IMG/VR virus record: IMGVR_UViG_3300049032_000040
Span: 1-44,668 of that record
Origin: a virus
Length of the DNA: 44,668 bases
Direction: 5' to 3' (one strand)
Every line of letters begins with the position of its first letter. Positions within the stretch are counted from its first letter, which is position 1. Under the pieces are notes generated by a model. The model saw only the letters and a program-made list of their open reading frames with translations. It ran no database searches and had not been told where the DNA came from. Positions 41,051-44,668 of this stretch are shown in pieces. A program made the translations under genes and the position numbers.

Positions 41051-41758
41051 ACGCTTCCTGAGCGTCATCCAAAGCCTTCTGAGCCCAATCCATACGGGGC
41101 GTCGGAACCTCGAAAGCGAACTGGTTCGCCGGGTCGGAAGCCTCCGATAGTGGCAAGCCATGAGCACCACGCGGAACCCTTGAAGCGGCCACGTCCGCCA
41201 GAAGCACGGAACGATCCCAAGCCGAGAACTCAGGCTCACGAACCGTCACCGCACGAACCACACGGCCCGCATCGTCATACTCAAACGACGTAACCTCACC
41301 CGGCTCCCAACCCAACAGCCGGCGAGGAGAAACACCTAGTTCGCGGGCGAGGGAGACTTCCGGCCCGCGCGCGCTTTTCCCAGCGCCCTCAACTCCGACA
41401 ACGGCCCGTTCACGTTGACACCCCAGATGACAATGCTCAGAGCGTTGCGCCACGTCGAATCGAGCACGCTCACCAAATCGGCGCGCGTCTGCTCATCCAA
41501 AACCTCACCGTCCTGGAGAAGACGCGGATACGCCAGCGTCACACCCTTCGTGTTGTACCCCGCCTCAACATCCGAATCAGAACCCGGACGGGCAGGGTTA
41601 CGCTGCATCAGACCATCCCACACATCAGGATGAACCTTCTCCACAGTCAAAGTGACCTTCTCGCCACCCAAAACCACATCAACACTCTCGGACTTCACAA
41701 CCTCGAGCTCTGCGCGCTGCTTCTCAATCAGCGCCTTCAGATCAATGCTCATACTCAC
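40986..41758 (-). CDS. Tail assembly chaperone G-T fusion produced by a -1 frameshift
   Basis: The -1 frame after the G GGA AAA site reads GKSARGPEVSLARELGVSPRRLLGW..., which is the listed ORF 40986..41453. Confidence 0.7.
41336..41758 (-). CDS. Tail assembly chaperone (G-like)
   Basis: 140 aa between the major tail and tape measure genes. Contains the slippery site near its 3' end. The start is GTG 41758 or ATG 41752. Confidence 0.75.
   Translation of the reverse strand: MSMSIDLKALIEKQRAELEVVKSESVDVVLGGEKVTLTVEKVHPDVWDGLMQRNPARPGSDSDVEAGYNTKGVTLAYPRLLQDGEVLDEQTRADLVSVLDSTWRNALSIVIWGVNVNGPLSELRALGKARAGRKSPSPAN
41375..41381 (-). other. -1 programmed ribosomal frameshift slippery heptamer G_GGA_AAA
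   Basis: The minus strand reads CTG GGA AAA GCG in frame 0, 13 codons before the G stop. Confidence 0.75.
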
Positions 41759-41772
41759 CTCTCACCGTGCTC

Positions 41773-41824
41773 ACCAAAGAAAAGGGAACCTGTGGGCGGT
41801 GCGGTGAGAAACACCACCCACAGG
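41773..41824 (-). terminator. Hairpin plus T-rich tract after the major tail gene (attenuator)
   Basis: On the minus strand CCTGTGGG...CCCACAGG is followed by TTCCCTTTTCTTTGG. Confidence 0.6.
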
Positions 41825-41833
41825 GGTATTGGG

Positions 41834-42334
41834 TTACGCGACCAGAGTCACGTTACGCACGGTCGGCTTCGTGATGAACACGCCATACTTCGCAGTGTCA
41901 ACACCATTCTCAACAGGCGCATCCGGCCGACGAACACCCACAACACCCGTCACAATGTCAGCCTTCTGACCGGCAGCATGCACATCACCATTCGCCACAG
42001 CACGACGAACAACAAACTGCACTTCCTCCTGCGACACAGACAGTGCAAGAAGAATCTGATCCGCCGAAGTCATCGTCGCCGACTCGACAACAGTCACCTC
42101 AAGCGTCTCCGACACCTTGCCAGGACGAGACAGATCCTGAATAAGCGTCAGACGCTTATCCTCAACAGTTGCCTGGTTGATCGTGTGATTCCAACCACCA
42201 GCAGTGATGCCATAAGTGATCGGGGAAGCGGCCTCAAGAATTGCCGCAGACGTTGCGTCATCGCCATCCTCGACAGCAGTGATCCTCCAACGTCCATCAG
42301 ACTGCGTGCTTGCTGGAACTCCTTCAAGAGCCAT
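41834..42334 (-). CDS. Major tail protein
   Basis: 166 aa, just upstream of the chaperones. Bracketed by hairpins, which is typical of highly expressed structural genes. Confidence 0.7.
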   Translation of the reverse strand: MALEGVPASTQSDGRWRITAVEDGDDATSAAILEAASPITYGITAGGWNHTINQATVEDKRLTLIQDLSRPGKVSETLEVTVVESATMTSADQILLALSVSQEEVQFVVRRAVANGDVHAAGQKADIVTGVVGVRRPDAPVENGVDTAKYGVFITKPTVRNVTLVA

Positions 42335-42400
42335 AGGGCACTCCTTTCATCTCCCCGTAACCGGGGCTTCGGTTCCCTTGGGGAGAGCCAAGGGGGCATA

Positions 42401-42427
42401 GAAAAAGCCCCATCCGGAGACAGGGCT
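42401..42427 (-). terminator. Terminator-like hairpin plus T5 upstream of the major tail gene
   Basis: On the minus strand AGCCC...GGGCT is followed by TTTTTC. Two further hairpins sit at 42375..42393 and 42353..42366. Confidence 0.45.
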
Positions 42428-42441
42428 TGAAATCAGTAGGT

Positions 42442-42852
42442 TCAGGCGGAGCGCAACGTGAACAGCAGGCCTAGATCGCACACCCACAGGCCAGGCTTGA
42501 TCGACCGGTCAAGCTCAGCCTTACCGGCCTCCACCTTGATCGGAGTGCACTGACGACCAGTGACCACCAGGCGGTGACCAACGAACGCCGTCCGCAGCCT
42601 GTCAACGGCCCTCAGAAGCGCGCTATGCGTATACCCAACCACGCGCACATCCACGTCATACTCGCCCGCAGAATCGACACTCACGGCCTCCGTGAACCGT
42701 TCTGCGACATCAGTAGGAGACGGGGCGAACAGAATGTAATACGTCGCCTGCACAAGCTCATCCTCAGCAGTCACCAAAGCACTGTCGTGCACCGGAATGC
42801 CAGTCGTCGCAAGCCGCGCCTTCAACGCCGTATAGACAGCCTCGACACTCAT
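42442..42852 (-). CDS. Tail terminator / head-tail joining protein
   Basis: 136 aa, the last head-tail gene before the major tail gene. Assignment is positional. Confidence 0.5.
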   Translation of the reverse strand: MSVEAVYTALKARLATTGIPVHDSALVTAEDELVQATYYILFAPSPTDVAERFTEAVSVDSAGEYDVDVRVVGYTHSALLRAVDRLRTAFVGHRLVVTGRQCTPIKVEAGKAELDRSIKPGLWVCDLGLLFTLRSA

Positions 42853-43238
42853 GCGCCCACCGCCCTCTCGAGACCATCAGCAAGCGCCTTCTCAAGACCG
42901 TCATAGAAGTCAGCCTCGTTGTTCTTCAAAGCGTCTCTACCCGCGTGCTGGGGACTCGATCGGACACCGCCGCCGCCATCCTCCATGAACCCAAACGATC
43001 CTTGACGGCGACCGGGTGTAGGGCCGATCTCTGCTTCGATGACCGTCGCCTTCTCCTCAGTCTCGTAGCCAACTGACGCACCATAGGCAGTCAGGCCAGT
43101 GCGAGCAGCAGCAGTCCGCCACTCATCGCGGATGTTGAACGCCGTGAATTGCAACGCCTTGCGGATGAACGGACGAGCCTCGACCGGAGCCGCTGTAAGA
43201 TCCTTCGCCAGATCATCCAACTCGGAGAAGTCGGACAT
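42849..43238 (-). CDS. HK97 gp10-like head-tail joining protein
   Basis: ATG at 43238 with GGAGG upstream and a TGATG overlap. MSDFSELDDLAKDLTAAPVEARPFIRKALQFTAFNIRDEW... is typical of the gp10 family. Confidence 0.6.
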   Translation of the reverse strand: MSDFSELDDLAKDLTAAPVEARPFIRKALQFTAFNIRDEWRTAAARTGLTAYGASVGYETEEKATVIEAEIGPTPGRRQGSFGFMEDGGGGVRSSPQHAGRDALKNNEADFYDGLEKALADGLERAVGA

Positions 43239-43630
43239 CACGAAACCTCCGTGACCGGATACCGCCACACGGTGACCTGGCCGACACCGGAACGCATCCC
43301 CGTCAGGAACACGCGCCCCACCATCCCCGGGTCAGCAGTCGAAGCAGTCACACGAACCGACACAGACGCCCCCACGGACACAGACCCCACAGGCACATGC
43401 ACCTCGCGCTGCATCGTCGCCGGCGCCTGACCCGCAATGCTCTTCTCAGACACCACAGACGACGACACCTTCACGCGGGCCGGCACATTGGCGGCAACCA
43501 CAGTCTCAACATCGATTGGTTGCAGGTTCTCGTCTTGGTCCCTCGCGACCGTGAAAAACGTCACCGTCTCCGTGAACCGTTGAGCCGCCATCCGACGCCC
43601 CAACCCCAACGCCGACAGGACGAAACTCAC
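43238..43630 (-). CDS. Head closure / head-tail adaptor protein
   Basis: 130 aa, ATGA-coupled, in the head-tail module. Confidence 0.5.
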   Translation of the reverse strand: MSFVLSALGLGRRMAAQRFTETVTFFTVARDQDENLQPIDVETVVAANVPARVKVSSSVVSEKSIAGQAPATMQREVHVPVGSVSVGASVSVRVTASTADPGMVGRVFLTGMRSGVGQVTVWRYPVTEVS

Positions 43631-44190
43631 GTGTACGCCTCAACGATCCCAATATCACCACGACCGAACGTGTTCCGAATCGACTGCTCAGCATGCTTCG
43701 TCAACGAAATACCGGTCGTCTCCCCACCGTTCGCAAACGCCGCCCGGAAATCATCAATCGACAACGATGACAACCCGCCCCCCGAGATCCCGCCCGTCAC
43801 CTCAAACATCTGCAACGCCTGAGCGGCCAACACCAGACACAGACGCTTCAACTCCCCCGGTGCCGTCTCAAAACCCCACGTGAACGTCACATCCACCGGG
43901 TCATCCGAACCCACCAAGATGAACCCAGGCCGATACCGGAAATCGACAGGCGAACCATCCCGCACCACCGCATCCACCGACACCACCGGCCACTGAGGCA
44001 AATCCTCGCGACCAAACGTCGGATACGCCACATACGTAGACGTCTCCCGCGGATACACCACCTGACCGATAACGAAACGGAGGTGATCGGATGCCGCCTC
44101 AAGCAGCGCATCGACCTGTTCCCTGTCTTCATCCACATACGTGGTCTTCAACAGTGTTTCCAGATCCTCGACAGCAGCAAAAGCAACCAT
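43627..44190 (-). CDS. Head-tail connector (gp6-like) protein
   Basis: First gene after the capsid gene. N-terminus AAVEDLETLLKTTYVDEDREQVDALLEAASDHLR is typical of gp6-like connectors. Confidence 0.55.
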   Translation of the reverse strand: MVAFAAVEDLETLLKTTYVDEDREQVDALLEAASDHLRFVIGQVVYPRETSTYVAYPTFGREDLPQWPVVSVDAVVRDGSPVDFRYRPGFILVGSDDPVDVTFTWGFETAPGELKRLCLVLAAQALQMFEVTGGISGGGLSSLSIDDFRAAFANGGETTGISLTKHAEQSIRNTFGRGDIGIVEAYT

Positions 44191-44209
44191 CCGATCACCC
44201 CCTAATCAG

Positions 44210-44668
44210 TTACGCCGTGGCGTCGAACTCAACGACCGCAAGAGCAGTCGGACGAACGACCTTCGCGCCGTACACGTGAAGACCCTTCACACCATCAGCG
44301 AATCGCTTCTCGAGACGCACGGCCTCAACCGAAGTGATCTGCTCAGCGAACGTGGTCGCCATACGGTGACCAGCAATCGCGATGCCACCAGTCGCGGCCA
44401 CATCAGTGACAGCGGGGAGGTTGTTCGACTTGTACAGCTCGAGTCCAGCGATCGACCCGATGTAGCCGTTCTGACGGGCCGCGGGTGCAGCCTGGTCGCC
44501 AGGGGTGATGAACGTGTCGAGCTTCAGCAGACGACCGTGCAGGGCCGGGGAAACGACCGCGAAACGGCCCTCCTCCGGTACGTTGTCCGTGTCGAGCGTC
44601 ACCGCAAGATCAACGAACGTGTCATACAGGTTCTTCGCGGTCGTGTGGATCGCAACCGTACCCAGGTC
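44210..44668 (-). CDS. Major capsid protein, 3' part (continuation of 1..529)
   Basis: The reading frame is open from the window end to the stop at 44210. C-terminus ...GVKGLHVYGAKVVRPTALAVVEFDATA. Confidence 0.85.
   Translation of the reverse strand, partial: DLGTVAIHTTAKNLYDTFVDLAVTLDTDNVPEEGRFAVVSPALHGRLLKLDTFITPGDQAAPAARQNGYIGSIAGLELYKSNNLPAVTDVAATGGIAIAGHRMATTFAEQITSVEAVRLEKRFADGVKGLHVYGAKVVRPTALAVVEFDATA
44542..44668. repeat. Second copy of the 127-bp terminal overlap
   Basis: Identical to 1..127. Confidence 0.95.

Overview
The window is a complete, circularly assembled genome of a temperate, high-GC, actinobacterial-type siphovirus-like phage. Bases 1-127 equal 44542-44668, so the unique length is 44541 bp, and the major capsid gene spans the artificial contig ends.

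Minus-strand genes run leftwards from a divergent switch at about 21.0-21.2 kb:
- Early and replication genes: Cro-like HTH, Xis-like HTH, metallophosphoesterase, YqaJ exonuclease, RusA, WhiB, a replisome organizer with internal iterons, SSB, a DnaQ-like exonuclease, and four HNH endonucleases.
- Packaging and head genes: TerS, TerL, portal, MuF-like protein, scaffold, capsid.
- Head-tail joining genes, major tail protein, G/T chaperone with a -1 frameshift, tape measure, tail-tip and fibre genes.
- A lysis cassette, then three more fibre or depolymerase-like genes, ending at a bidirectional terminator (26821-26865).

A plus-strand lysogeny and accessory block (21.1-26.8 kb) holds a tyrosine integrase, a probable attP (a tRNA 3' fragment flanked by arm-type repeats), paralogous RHH regulators, an HTH regulator and many small ORFs. 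A DUF732 lipoprotein gene is inserted in inverted orientation inside the tail operon.

I saw no recognisable defence-system enzyme, reverse transcriptase or CRISPR array. The most unusual content is regulatory or RNA-level:
1. A 14-bp palindrome, GGTGTAYRTACACC, present six times on four plus-strand promoters, including the distant lipoprotein gene.
2. An 11-21 nt gene-junction motif, GGTGCATGATG, present five times.
3. Switch promoters whose -35/-10 spacers are filled by TTCCC-N6-GGGAA operators and which feed leaderless starts.
4. Phased TCGCGAG iterons plus an 8-bp x5 microsatellite inside the replisome-organizer gene.
5. An ORF-free region of about 350 nt with a tRNA-like T-arm and tmRNA-like strings.

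All functional calls come from reading the translations and motifs by eye. No database search was run.
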